Part shown: positions 24,931 to 37,247 of the stretch, one piece after another
How positions within the stretch are numbered: position 1 is the first letter of the stretch
Layout of the letters: every line of letters begins with the position of its first letter
From: Chromera velia
Taxonomy: Eukaryota
Length of the DNA stretch: 64,000 nt
Assembly (NCBI GenBank): GCA_018398765.1
Contig: JAHBMJ010000510.1
Location: forward strand, 62,001 to 126,000
Direction: 5' to 3'
Notes under the pieces: generated by a model
What the model was told of the DNA's origin: nothing
Database searches by the model: none
Seen by the model: the letters and a program-made list of their open reading frames with translations, nothing else
Translations under genes and position numbers: made by a program

Positions 24931-25603
24931 CTGTCTACAACTGAGAGGGTGTCGACTGTATCGTACTGTTTGTACCCGAAGAAGTCCAGCATTTCGTCGG
25001 CTTCCTCAGGCTTCATTCGTCCTGCATGCGTTCCAGCAATTCATCGAGAAAGGATTGGGTTCACTGGGAATGTGGGGGGAAAAGGAATGAATGAACACTT
25101 CAAACAAGAAGAAAAGCGACACGGAAAAGACTGCTGTATAATAGCTCAACAGAGAGATACACAGACATACAAAGAGAGAGAGAGAGCAAAAGAGAGAAGG
25201 GCTGCAATAGAGACAGCCAGGCAGACAGACAGATACGCAGACAAGCAGACACGGGTTGGGGGGGNNNNNNNNNNNNNNNNNNNNNNNNNNNNNNNNNNNN
25301 NNNNNNNNNNNNNNNNNNNNNNNNNNNNNNNNNNNNNNNNNNNNNNNNNNNNNNNNNNNNNNNNNNNNNNNNNNNNNNNNNNNNNNNNNNNNNNNNNNNN
25401 NNNNNNNNNNNNNNNNNNNNNNNNNNNNNNNNNNNNNNNNNNNNNNNNNNNNNNNNNNNNNNNNNNNNNNNNNNNNNNNNNNNNNNNNNNNNNNNNNNNN
25501 NNNNNNNNNNNNNNNNNNNNNNNNNNNNNNNNNNNNNNNNNNNNNNNNNNNNNNNNNNNNNNNNNNNNNNNNNNNNNNNNNNAAGAAAGACGGACAGAAA
25601 AGG

Positions 25604-25637
<34 letters not shown>

Positions 25638-26459
25638 CCTCCATGTTTGTATTTGTATGCACCAATTCATTCTTTAACTTTTTTTTCTACCCCATCGAGC
25701 TGCCCGCCTATCTGGCTGCCCCACCTTCTCCGTTGGTGAGCACTGCTTTGATCCTGTTCGCCTCCAAGCTTGGTACGCCCCCGGTGACCGCCTCGAAGGC
25801 CTTCAGGAGGTGGTCTCTCTTCGCACCTGCACAAATGGGGAGGGGGGGGGTTCCGGCTGGGACTGGAGTTCGCATGCGGCCTGAGAGTGTGCATCCTTGA
25901 TAATTCAAATTGAAGGTTGACACACGCGGCATCCATTCATCTACACATACAGCGTGATCGACACGTACTTCCTCAGCTGTCTAGATTCTCAGGAGACAGC
26001 CCGACCCCCTCTCAGAAGACCCCCATGCAGCCTTCAATCCGCTATGGGCTTTTGTCCTCTGCTTCTCGCTCTCACTCTGTATTCACTTTTTTTTTCTCTC
26101 ACTCACTTGCATGTCCGTGACTGAGTGAAAAGCGAGGTGTGTAAACGAAAGGCTTGCGTGCGCCTCCACAGGAAAAAATCAACGATTTTCGCTTTCCCGC
26201 ACTTCATGGCTCCTTACGAGTTGTTCAAGTCACCTCTCCATGACGCACATAGCTAATCAAATTCTTGGCATGGCGAGCAAGGTCCAGGTAGGGGAACATT
26301 TTCCGACCATCGACTGACCTCTGCCAGAAGCCTGCGTCTCTGCGACCTTGATCAAACTGGCAAGGGGGTACTTGCCATTCGCTGCGTACCTCCCAGAGAA
26401 GTCGTGGTACTCTGCAGAAAAACAAAATGTAAAGGGAAACTGCAAGTTGACTGACGGAT

Positions 26460-26501
<42 letters not shown>

Positions 26502-28395
26502 CGCGCGTGTGCGTACGTGTGTTTTTTGCATCTGTCTTTGTCTCTCTCCAACTTTCTGCGTCTGCATCCGTTCGTCGATCTGTCTGTCTACCTGCTCGTC
26601 TGCCGTTTTCCTTTTTCTTCACACTGTCCCGGCAATCTCACCCCGCCCCCCTCTATCATCTGAGCAGGTTCCAACGCAGACCCATTCAGGCAGACCCTGG
26701 CCGGAGAATTTGCAGAGCCAGGCAGCCAGCCACCCAAGGGTATCCCCACGATGCAAGGGGCTGCAAGCCTGACTGACAGGGTCACTTACTGACGCTCTGA
26801 CTGATTGAGTGGCTTACTGACGGACGCACGCACCCGCGGACGGACTGACAGACAGACTAACGGACGGACGGATGGACACACAGACTGACTGACTGACTCA
26901 TGAGGATGACATTCTGCAGGCAAGAAAGCAGACAGGCAGATTGATTTGTTGATCAATCATATCGACATCCAAAAATCAAAAACGACTGCACGGGAAGGTC
27001 ATTTCTAAGTGAGCGCAGGACGGAAAAGTCGCAGAGAGGTTGGACCACAACACTTGCAGAAAAGCATATAAAAGAAAAGGCAGCCAGGAAGATGCAGGAA
27101 CAATAAATACATCTGAAAGGCACACGCCTGCCCCGAAAGTGAAACGGAAAGGTGACGAAACACGCAACAGGGGAGAAATGGAGAGAGGGGAGGTTAAAAG
27201 AAAAAAAGCAAGAAGCTGCTGACCACATCGTCGTCGCTGAAGCACCACCCAAGCATGCGAAACCATTCCCCCGCAGCGTCGCGACTCAACACTTCTTCCT
27301 TCGACTCTTCTGAAAGAATCTTGTAAGCCAGCGCGAAGTTGCTGCATTCATTCAAGGCATTCCACGTATTTATTTTGGTGGGCTTTCTCATTTTTGTGAT
27401 GTGTGGAGACTTGGGCCGTAAATGAGTGCAAGGTTTCCCGTGTCCTCCAGCAACCGTACAGAAAGTGGTGCAGAATACTGCCTGCCTGTCTGTCTGCCTG
27501 TCTGTCTGCCTGCCTGTCTGTCTGTCTGTCTGTCTGTCTGTCTGCCTGCTGCCTGCCTGCCTGCCTGTCTGCCTGCCTGCCTGCCTGTCTGCCTACCTGC
27601 CTGTCTGTCTGTTTGCCTGCCTGCCTGTCTGTCTGTCTGCCTGCCTACCTGTCTGCCTGCCTGCCTGCCTGCCTGTCTGTCTGCCAGCCTGTCTGCCTGC
27701 CCGTCTGCCTCTCTGCCTGTCTGCCTGCCTACCTGTCTGCCTGTCTGCCTGCCTGCCTGTCTGTCTGCCTGTCTGTCTGCCTGCCTGTCTGTCTGTCTGT
27801 CTGTCTGTCTGTCTGCCTGTCTGCCTGTCTGTCTGCCTGCCTGCCTGCCTCTCTGCCTGTTTGTTCGTCTGCCTGTCTGTCTGCCTTTCTGCCTGCCTGC
27901 CCGTCTGCCTCTCTGCCTCTCTGCCTCTCTGGCTGCCTGCCTGTCTGCCTGTCTGTCTGCCTGCCTGCCTACCTGCCTGCCTGCCTCTCTGCCTGTTTGT
28001 CTGTCTGCCTGTCTGTCTGCCTGTCTGCCTGCTTGTTTTCCTGCTTCTCTTTCTGCCTGCCTGCCTGCCTGCCTGCCTCGCTGCCCGCCCACCTGGCTAC
28101 CCACCGGCCTTCCTCCCGGAATGTCGGACTTTCTGCCTGCCTGCCTGCCTGCCTACTGTCGATCTTTTCGTCTGACTGTCTCTCTGCTTGCCTGTTTGCG
28201 GCTTCGCAAGTCAAGCATGCTTCCTGTCTGCCATGCATGTAGTGCATACATATATACATATGGACGCATGCATGGATGAATGCATGCATGCATCTCAGTC
28301 AGAATGGAGTCCGACTGATTGACTGACTCCAAGTCTTCCTCGGAGAAGAATCTGGACACGATCTTCTGTTCCTTTTTCTTGCCTGATGCCGACAT
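24931..28395 (-). CDS. Calmodulin-like / myosin-light-chain-like EF-hand protein with degenerate Ca-binding loops; last exon not resolved
   Basis: Exons 28395-28328, 27341-27224, 26913-26898, 26411-26319, 25826-25725 and 25021-24931 splice in frame. Product MSASGKKKEQKIVSRFFSEEDLDNFALAYKIL...WFRMLGWCFSDDDV...HLLKAFEAV...IKAVLTNGEGRMKPEEADEMLDFF is collinear with the calmodulin helices (EFKEAF, MRSLG, REAF, VMTNLGE, EEVDEMI). Confidence 0.8.
25265..25582. other. Assembly gap (N run) in an intron of the EF-hand gene
   Basis: Run of N. Confidence 1.
27478..28153. repeat. ~680-bp (CTGC/CTGT)n mosaic tetranucleotide satellite in intron 1 of the EF-hand gene
   Basis: Direct reading; gives spurious CLPA/QAGR ORFs. 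Confidence 0.95.
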
Positions 28396-29212
28396 TGTCG
28401 TTTCGTTTCTCTCAGTTTGGACAAGCCGTGGCGCTGGAATCAAGAGGTCAACTCAGCGGATTTTTCGTCACAAAATGGAGTCGACAGTTTTCTGCCCGTC
28501 TATATCGATGCGGAATGAACAGAATTGTCCAGCCAATCTGTCACCGCACTTATGTGTGGGGATACAAGGCTTTGCAGGTGGTCAGCTTTACACAATCGCT
28601 GACAGATCATCTGAATTTGCAATGTACGTGGGTCTCGACTGAATTCTGTCGATCATGCACCACTTGAGCTAGTGCACGCTGCATGCATATATTAATAGCT
28701 AGCGTGCATTTAATTGTCAATCCGTCCGCGCATGAGTTTCTGACGCACGCAAGCTAGTGTGCGAAGGGCACCGGAAAGCAAACCATTCACATATATATAG
28801 GGACAAGTCCGAAAAGGGTCCCGGAAAGCCATGCACTGAGCATTGCACTCATATTGCACTCATGCAGTGAAATAGCTCGTACTAGCTGGCTCGCGCGCGT
28901 CCGTTCTGTCCCATTCATGTGTTGCCCAGTATCCAAAGTTGATCCAAAACTGTCTCTATGCTGTCTCTTCTGCTGTTATGCAAAATCAGACCAGCTTCTC
29001 CAAGTAAATTTACGCGTGAATGCATCATAGTTGACCGCTCCGAGTGCACCCATCGGTCGTCGCTTCAAACGAATTGTCTCCGCCAGAGACACGAAAAGAG
29101 GTTCTGGAGTTTTCTTGTGTCGAAGCTTAGATCAGGAAGTCCAAAAAGGATCGATCTTGATTCAAGCAGAACAAGCGCCTTTGCACATCACGTGCGTCCC
29201 ACAGGGATAAAA
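28396..29212. promoter_or_regulatory. Putative bidirectional promoter between the EF-hand and FNT genes
   Basis: Divergent ATGs ~820 bp apart. Contains TGCATGCA (28680), two CCGGAAAGC (28771, 28821), tandem ATTGCACTCAT, GCTAG palindromes, CGCGCGCG and a TATATATA run. Confidence 0.5.
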
Positions 29213-30767
29213 ATGGAGCGTCAAAGCAGTCCAACGCAGGACGTTGAGTCTCCCTCCAGTGACCCTCAGCAAAAGCCGGTCATCGAAGATCCTCCTGGTC
29301 ATGTGAGGAAGGGCAACTCATCCGCTCATAGAGGGCGGGTTGTACAGGTGGAAGTGGAAGAAGATGTCCTCGCTGGTCTTGGGTTTGCCGGAGGGGACTC
29401 TGTTCCAGTCCTCCGACTGGATCCCGGCAATTCCAGTATGGGTCTAGGCCTCCGCCAAGCTTCCCAAAGCCGTCTGGTAAACTCAGATGTGCACTCTCTA
29501 CTGAATCACAGACCCCTTCCCCCAGTTCCCCCTGCAAGATTCGAGCCTCCCACGAATGTGCGCATGGGAGTTGAGAGCATTGATGGCGCCTTCAAAATGG
29601 TACAGTCGTCAATTGATTCGGGTCAGCCTCTCTCTAGAGCCCCCTGCAGTGTGCTCTTGCTATCTCGATCTTTGGTTTCGCACTCATCAACCACACCCAC
29701 TGACCGGCTGACCTCTGCGTGCATGCCCCCACCCCCCTCCCCAGGCCTCTCACCCCGGAAAGAAAAAGAAGCGCCGGGTGTGCCCTGTGTGTCTTGGTGT
29801 TTAACAGTTTGTTTTCCTATCTGTCCGCTTGCACAAGAAAAATAATAGGAGGGACGAGATTATCTTTCTGTCTGTCCTTTGAGTCGCTTTCTCCGTGATG
29901 GTTCAACACATCATCTCCATTTTGACATTCCGTTTTTCTCCATTGACACCTTCAGGGTTCGGGAAAGTCCACTACGAGTTCTGGCAGAACGCAATCAACG
30001 GAATCGTAGCGGGGGCGTTCATCGCCTTCGGTGGTTGGCTGATGAACGTGGTGATGGGGGGCTCACCGGAATTGAAGAAGACTAACCCTGGTCTGCTGAA
30101 ACTCGTGGGGGGTCTGGTGTTTCCCTTTGGCCTTGTGGCAGTTGTGCTGACAGGGGCGGAACTGATCACCTCCACATTCTCGACAGTGGGGGCAGCTGTT
30201 CTCTCCGGACAGCTGAACGGAAAATTTATGCGCACAGGGATGAACCTACTGATTGTGTATTGGTGCAATTTCTTGGGAGCCATACTCGTTGCCGGACTCG
30301 CAGTCGGGTCAGGAGCACTTGACTCAGATCCGTACAAATCTTTCTGCACGGGACTGGCAGAGAAGAAAGTTGATCAAAGCTTTTTGTCCGCATTCACAAA
30401 GGGCATTGTATGCAATTGGTTGGTGTCCCTTGCAGTCTTCCTTGCCTTCGCTCCTCAGGATGTGACTGGAAAAGTTCTTGCCATCTGGCCACCGATTGCT
30501 GCGTTCGTGGCACTCGGAATGGACCATTGTGTGGCAAACATGTTTTTTCTTCCGCTCGGTTTGTTCCTTGGTGCGAATTTTACAGTTGCAGACATGTTTG
30601 CATACAATTTGGTTCCTGTGACTTTGGGGAATTTTGTAGGGTCCCAAATGATTGCGATGGTCTTTGCTGCTCGATTCAAACGGTTTTGGTTCCTTCGAGT
30701 GGACACCCCTCCCCCTCCTGGGGGCATCTCCCTCGAACAGGAAAAGAAGCTGGAGCTCCCCAGGTAA
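29213..30767 (+). CDS. Formate/nitrite transporter (FNT) family channel, 2 exons
   Basis: Exons 29213-29621 and 29956-30767. FNT signatures AGAFIAFG, FPFGLVAVVLTGAELITS, KGIVCNWLVSLAV, FVALGMDHCVANMF and NLVPVTLGNFVG. Confidence 0.95.
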
Positions 30768-31323
30768 TTAATGAATCTGCATGATTGAGTCAAGGAAGTG
30801 ACCTCTCAAAAGGAATGCGCAGCAGTAGGGCGAATCAACAGGTGTAGCGAGGATGGCAGAAGGGGAAGAAGTGAAGTGTTGATGGAAATTCGACAATCGA
30901 ATTCGATGCGGGAACAGAAAGGAAGGAAGAAGAGACAGAAGATGATGATGATGATGATGATGAAAGTTTTTTTGGCTCCCCCCCCTCTCTCTCTTTCTCC
31001 TCTCCTTCATTCCCTTTTGGCAGTTCTTCATCGCATCGATCGACCTGGTAAGACGCCTTCTGTTGCTCTTCAGGCGACCTGCTTGAATGCAGGGAAGGGG
31101 GGAGGGAGCAGGAAAGTCGGGGAAGGAAACTTGACAGAGTTTTTCGAGAACTGAAGCGTGGTCAAAAAGGCAACAAACGTGGAACAGAAGCTTTCTCGAA
31201 GAGGAGGGGGGAAATGGTTCCTGTGCGTCCTTCTCGTGCATGTGCATGTACGTGTGGGTGTGTGCGCTTGTATGTGTATTCATTCTTGTGCTTTCATATT
31301 TCTCTTTCCCCCCCCCCCCCCCC

Positions 31324-31363
31324 NNNNNNNNNNNNNNNNNNNNNNNNNNNNNNNNNNNNNNNN
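31324..31363. other. Assembly gap (N run) within a poly-C tract
   Basis: Run of N. Confidence 1.
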
Positions 31364-33070
31364 NCCCCCCTCCCTCCCTGTTTTGTTCCCTTGCGTCGTT
31401 TCGACAGTTCTTCCTGCCCCGCCTGTCTTTTTATCTTCAGTTCTGTCTGTGCTTGCCCCCTCTTTCGTCCCCGGATGGTTAGTACAGATGGGGGCATTCA
31501 CTTGTTTCCATCTGCATGCGAATGTGAATGTGCATGAGTGTGTCCATCCGTATGCCTCCGTGTCTTCATGTGCTGACGTGTCTAAACTGATGGAAGTGCC
31601 AAAGACCCGCGCCTGCACAGAATTCAATTCACTCTGCCGTCCGCATGGTCTGTCTGGTCCCGACATACAGAGACAGACAGACAGACAGACAGTGTGCTTA
31701 GAAGGCTCCGAAGGAAGTAAATTTGATTCTGGCTGTCGCTAGTCGAACAGAGAAGAGGTGGACAGGCATACTGGACGGATACATGAGTGCATGTTCGAGC
31801 TGAGCCAGTCAAATTGTTGGGAGGGAGTCGGAGTCGGGGCACACAGCATACGGACAGTAGGCAGCGATGCGATGCACATTCACTGGACAGGTTGTGGGGC
31901 TCTTACCACCTTTTCTTAGCTCTGTGCCTCTTTCTTATTTTTGGTAAATTGAATTCGCTTTTGGCGTCAAAATTGACGGTCCAACTCCCCTCCCTCGTCC
32001 ACCACCTCCTCCTCGTTGGGAGGAGAGTAGAGACAAAACCTTTCAAATCCAAGGTCAAGTCTTTCAGAAAGTGAACAACCCGAATTGGATTGTGCTGTCA
32101 TGGCCGCACAGAAGAATGCTGCTTGGCCATGCACGCAAAAATGCTTTTTCTTAAACGTATTGGTATCATATAAATTATTTTATTTTATATGCTATTTTAA
32201 TGTCATTTTTCATAGTTGGAACGTTTTAAATTCTACTATCTAAAAAAAGTTTAAGCAAGAGACTTAGCTAGTCTGAGACTAGTCTTAGGCTAAGTATAAA
32301 TAAGTATAAACAATGAGAGTAGCAGTATAGGTGTTTCATAGTGTTTCAGTCCAGCATGATTGATTGCAAGTGCAGTGCAGGTCTCTAGAGACGACGGAGA
32401 ATGGGTTTAGGCCCCTAGCAAGACCTAGTATTTGCATCTAGGAAAAACAATGATAAAATAATTTTAATAAGTAAAAAAAAAAAAAAGAATAAAATGTTAT
32501 GAAGAATTAAAGCAAACAATGACCAAAAGATTGATTTCTTAAGGCGGTGGCTGGGAGATGCTGGGGGCAGCTCGCCCTAAGCTGGGAGTCACTGCCTATT
32601 TGAACCATATGGCGCGAACAGAGTATCCATGCCGGCCAGCGTAAAATTTCTTGGGCCGGGCCCCAATTATTATTAAGAAGAATTAAGATCTGCATGTGCA
32701 TGGAAGTATTAATACATGCATGCAAGCGCGGTGCATACAGCGATACAAGGGAAAATTTGTCTGACCTTCACATGCCACTGATGCCAGAAAGTGTCAGTGT
32801 GTCTGCATGGAATATTTGCGAGGGTGGCTCCTCACTGAATGCAGGAGATGAGAGGCAGCACATCATTCGGGACCATGACAAAAAGTATGGGTTTACCATG
32901 ATGGGTTTTTGAGGTTGTCTTTCAGGTTTTCTTCCACGGTGCGCTGAAGACTGCCGTTGTCAAACTGTCCGCTCTCTGTCTTGTTCACACCGAGGATCCA
33001 CATGCAGTACATCAGCCGGTGGCACCACAGCAGCACTTGATCAAACTTTAGACGCAGCAGGAGAAACAGA

Positions 33071-35640
33071 ATGTCGGTGACTGGGGATAAGGATGCAGCG
33101 GCCCCGTCACAGGCCTTCGATCAGCACAACACCGCAGAGGGCATGCAAACAAGGAGTGCAGTTGTGGTTGTGAGAGTCCGCCCCCCTGAGTTTTCAAACT
33201 TGGAACCGGAACTTTCTTGCCTCAAAGATCTTAGCACAAATCTCTCAAGGAGCGAAATTGAGCTGAAGATCCCGGCGGACGAAAAGAACGGGTCGATGGA
33301 GGAGGAGAAGAGTTACTACACCACGTTTGATCACGTCCTTGGTCTTGGAGATCACACTGCAGACGATAGGGAAAAGACCAAGCTTGACAGCCAGGACTCT
33401 CTTTGGGAGACAATCGGAAAAAAGACCCTTGGTGAGTGGCGTGCCATGCATCTTGCTGGCTGCCGGAAAAGGTTCCAGAGGAGCAACCTGGCCAACTATT
33501 CTCGTGCTCTTTGGTTTGCTTCTCTATATATCTATCTGTCGGTTTCTTTTTTGCAGTCTCTCTCCATTTTTCTCTCTCTATCACTGTCTCTCTGTCTACC
33601 TGTCTGCGTGCCACAGAAACGTCAAAAGGAGGGACAGGGATAGCAGAGGCAAAAGAGAAAGTGTCTATGACTCGCTGCCCTTCATGCTGTGTCCCTCGAC
33701 CCGACTACATTTGTTTGCAGACGAGGCATGGACAGGCTATAACGTCACGATCCTCGCCTAATCAGTCAATGTGACGAAAGCGCATTCTCGGTGTCTGGAC
33801 TCTCTGTCCCTTCTTGATCTGAAACACTCAGAATTAAAGTCAGAACCATGCACTGACTCTGAAAGCTGCGATCCCTCTTCTTTCCGATAACGACAGAGCT
33901 TGAGGTTTCCCCGTTCTCTGCCATCCCGCATGCCATTCCACCGGCTGGTTCCTGACTCCACATTTCAGCCAACCGATACATGCCGGCAATGCAGCGGTCA
34001 GGCCGCAACCGGGAAACGTCTTTCGCTCGTGGGGGAGGAGGGGCTTGTATTCCGTCACTGTCGGGGGCTCCTCGAGAGGTGTGCAGAGCACAGGAAGGGG
34101 AAGCAGGAGGAGTCCGATGCTTGGGCCCGTCTGTGCATGCTGGAAGTCGACAAGGAGAAGGACGAAGCCTTCGATCTCCTCGCACAGGAGAAGGCTGAAC
34201 GACAAAGCAGACTCACTGACAGAAGCCGACGACTCGCCCCCAGAAAGTTCTGCCCCAAAATTGTGGCCACGGAGGAGGGGCTCGAAACAAGGTCAGGCGC
34301 TTCACGGTTTTTTGTTCAGTGGACATACGTGTCATTCAACGACCCCATGTATTGCCTCCAAGACACTTGTCCGATAGAGTCAAGCACGCCCTGTGGGCAT
34401 CCTGATGTGCATGCGTTTCATCTGAATGAATGTCTGCCTGAACGTCGGAACGTCCATGCAGAGCACTGCACGACGGGACGACATTGAAACAGTGGATCTA
34501 CGAGGGTTTGGCGAGACGGAGGAACAAGGGCAACCACCTGATTATCAAAGTGATTTTGTTCAAGACTCTCGGAAAGGTGGGTGGAGTGTATCTAGATGAT
34601 TTCTGCTGCGTGCTTGACATCCCATGGATCAAACAGCAAAAACAAAAGCTTGTTCTTGTCATTTCTTGTATCTTGAAATCAGACTTCTTTGCTCTTTGAC
34701 GTCGCAGTTGCCTTCGGACTCGGGATGATGATAAAGAAGAGGATTGGCCTTCGAACACATTGAAATGCAGAGACATGCATGCGTGCATTCATTTTGGAAG
34801 CTGCAGAACAAAACCAGCCGGGCGTGGATCAGCGAGTCCTGCTTCGTAGCGCTCGCAGACAGCGAACAGAAGTACAAGCAGAGTTACCGGGGAGGAGGAA
34901 GGAAGCGGACCCTCCTCGCTGTGGAGAATATCATCAACATTGTGGCAAGGGAACGACAGGGGGTCAGCCGAAAGTTTATGCATTGCATGCTTCACATGTC
35001 GCTGTGTGAATAGAGCTTTTTGTCGTACCAATTTTCCGCACTCTTCTGCTGCAATGTGCATATTTTGAATCGGCGATGCATTCAAACCTGTGTGCTGATT
35101 TGCTGCTTGTCCCTCTCTGTCACTGCAGGTGTTGGACTCAGAGTGCCGACAGACAGAGCTTGCAAAGCTTTTGCGTGCGAGCTTCAGAGACGAGGACAAC
35201 TGCATCCTCAAGATGGTCTGTCTGTCTGTCGGTCTGGGGGCACTGACACTCAATATGCTATGACATGTTCCTGCCTTCTTGTCAATGCCTTCTTGTCAAT
35301 AGTAGTTTCCATGTCATTCGGAAATGTGTCAGGCATAATCCTAAATGCTTCTGGTCAAGGTTTACACAGCCGCCCTCACTCACTGCACAGGCGTTATCAT
35401 TCCATGCACACAGATTCGCAGGGAGCTGCAGAGACATGGTTGACACAGTCCCTCTCAATGGATGGCGCTTCACTACGTTTCTTACTCTTTTTTTTCTCTT
35501 GATGCCTCTTGATTTTCTCTCCTATTTTCTGTCCCTTTCTTCTGCAGATTGCGACTGTGAGACCCGAGGAGGTGTATGCTCGAGAGAATAGGTGGACGCT
35601 GGACCTGGCAGCAAGATTCAAGAAGATCACCAAGGCCGTG
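33071..35640 (+). other. Degenerate kinesin motor domain (exons 1-7)
   Basis: VVVRVRP, TFDHV, SQDSLWETIGK, GYNVTILAYGQAATGKR (P-loop), NHLIIKVIL, FVALADSEQ (switch II DLAGSE), RQTELAKLLRASF, MIATVRP..ENRWTLDLAARFKKI, all in canonical order. Confidence 0.9.
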
Positions 35641-36530
35641 TATCCCAATGAAGTCAGCACCATGTACAAAAGACATCTCATTCGTTGGGAAGGCGAACGT
35701 CAGAAGAAGGCCAGCGATAGACAGAAGCAACTGGCAGGACACGACGAAGACACGCACCCGCAAACCCTGAGGCTTCCTAGCGCCATTCTTTCAAGGAGTC
35801 AAGTGGCGAGTCTGGAAGGGAAAGACGTCGGAGCAGTGCGTCACCGCCCCAGTCTGCAAGACCAGGAGGAAGAGGACGGGTGGAGAACTCCTGAGCCTGC
35901 TGAGCGTTTGAATAAATATCTTTCCGAGAATCTGGATGAAGAAGGTGTTTTTCGTCTCTATGCGGAAGAGAGGGGTCGAGTTGTCACGTACACTCTGAAG
36001 GGCGACTCCTATACCCTCGGGAGTCAAAGGAATCACCCCAAGCGACTGCTTCCTGATGAGGAGAATGGTGGAAATACGGAAGGCTCACAGGTCACTCTCG
36101 CTGTACGTCTATCTCGGCAGCATGGAGTGTCATCCATCCCCGCCTCCGTGACAGTGCACTGCCTATTGACCGAGAAGTGAGCGCAGAGTTTTTCTGCCGC
36201 CCTGTCCACAATATGCAGACAGTGTGTACATAGCTCTTTGGTTATTTTGCATTCATATCATTGTTGCAGGGCTCTTACATCTTTCTTGAGGGTCCGGGAA
36301 TCGAACAAAACCACCTTCAGCTCAGAAGACTCCGGAGGGACTCATTGGAAAAGGTGTGTCAAAGGGAATCGAAGATTGAACGCAAGCAAGAATTCGAAAA
36401 AAGTCTGCCGTCTGCCAATGTCAGCACATGCCGAAGAGGACCACAATGTGAGGGGATTCACAGCTTGTGAATGCACGCCAGACCGTTGTTTTCATTTTAA
36501 CTGATCGATCTGCTCTTTTATTCTCTGCAG

Positions 36531-37103
36531 AAGTCATCGGCCAGCCCTACCGACTTTCCGGTCCCAGAAGGCTCAACTTTTTTCTCTCGGCCCTTCACGG
36601 AAGAGATTAGAAAGAAAGGGTGGTTGGAAGCCTACGACAAGGTTCTCGATGTTTGTGAGGACTACCGAAGGGCTGGTCTAGAAGGGGTTCGTCCCGGCAC
36701 CATCGTTGTCCTTTGTGACGCGACCGTCTTTCTTAAAGAAGAAAAACAACGAACAGACGATGGACGGCGGGTCTGCCGGTGGGGCACTGGGCATGTAAAT
36801 CGTGTGTTTAGTCGGCCATACGACCTGAAGACGGACCAAGGCAGGCGTGAATTTCGTGATACAATGACGTATGACAAGGCGCTGGTGGTGGATGGTACCA
36901 GCGCGACCTTCGTTGCTTCCCACTTTCATTTGAACTCTTCGGGGAATACGTCGAACCAGGGAGGGGGGGCAGGACGGAGTGCAGCAGCGGAGACTGCTGC
37001 AAACGCTGAGTGTGTGACTGTCAAGGTGTCGCGAGATGGTGAGATGTCCGTCTTCTTCTCGCACAAGGGGCAGCGGTATAAAGGCAACTGTGCCCCTCCC
37101 CAG
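36531..37103 (+). other. DisA_N/DAC (diadenylate cyclase, DacZ-like) fold domain on a single exon
   Basis: VLDVCEDYRRAGLEGVRPGTIVVLCD ... YDKALVVDG ... FVASHFHL ... GGGAGRSAAAETA ... VTVKVSRDGEMSVF matches the order and spacing of the DacZ consensus (EG..VGTIFVIGD / LDGAFII / GLGARHRAAAAIT / AIVVSE.G.VRVF). Confidence 0.75.
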
Positions 37104-37215
37104 GTGGGTGCATAGAAATTTAAATCCTTTTTTTGAGACTGGTAGCCTGCCAGCGTGGATCTCACAGTGTCAGCACGTGTGTGTGTGTGTGTGTGTGCCT
37201 ATATGTGTGTGACAC

Positions 37216-37247
<32 letters not shown>

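Noticed and set aside
24874..25900. ORFs spanning X runs
   Set aside because: Artefacts of the N gap.
27388..28289. Long ORFs on both strands encoding CLPA/CLSV or QAGR/QTDR repeats
   Set aside because: Translations of a stop-free tetranucleotide satellite inside an intron.
31900..32100. Possible minus-strand exon (FLKDLTLDLKGF...) with a GTAAGA donor
   Set aside because: No compatible partner exon or start codon found.
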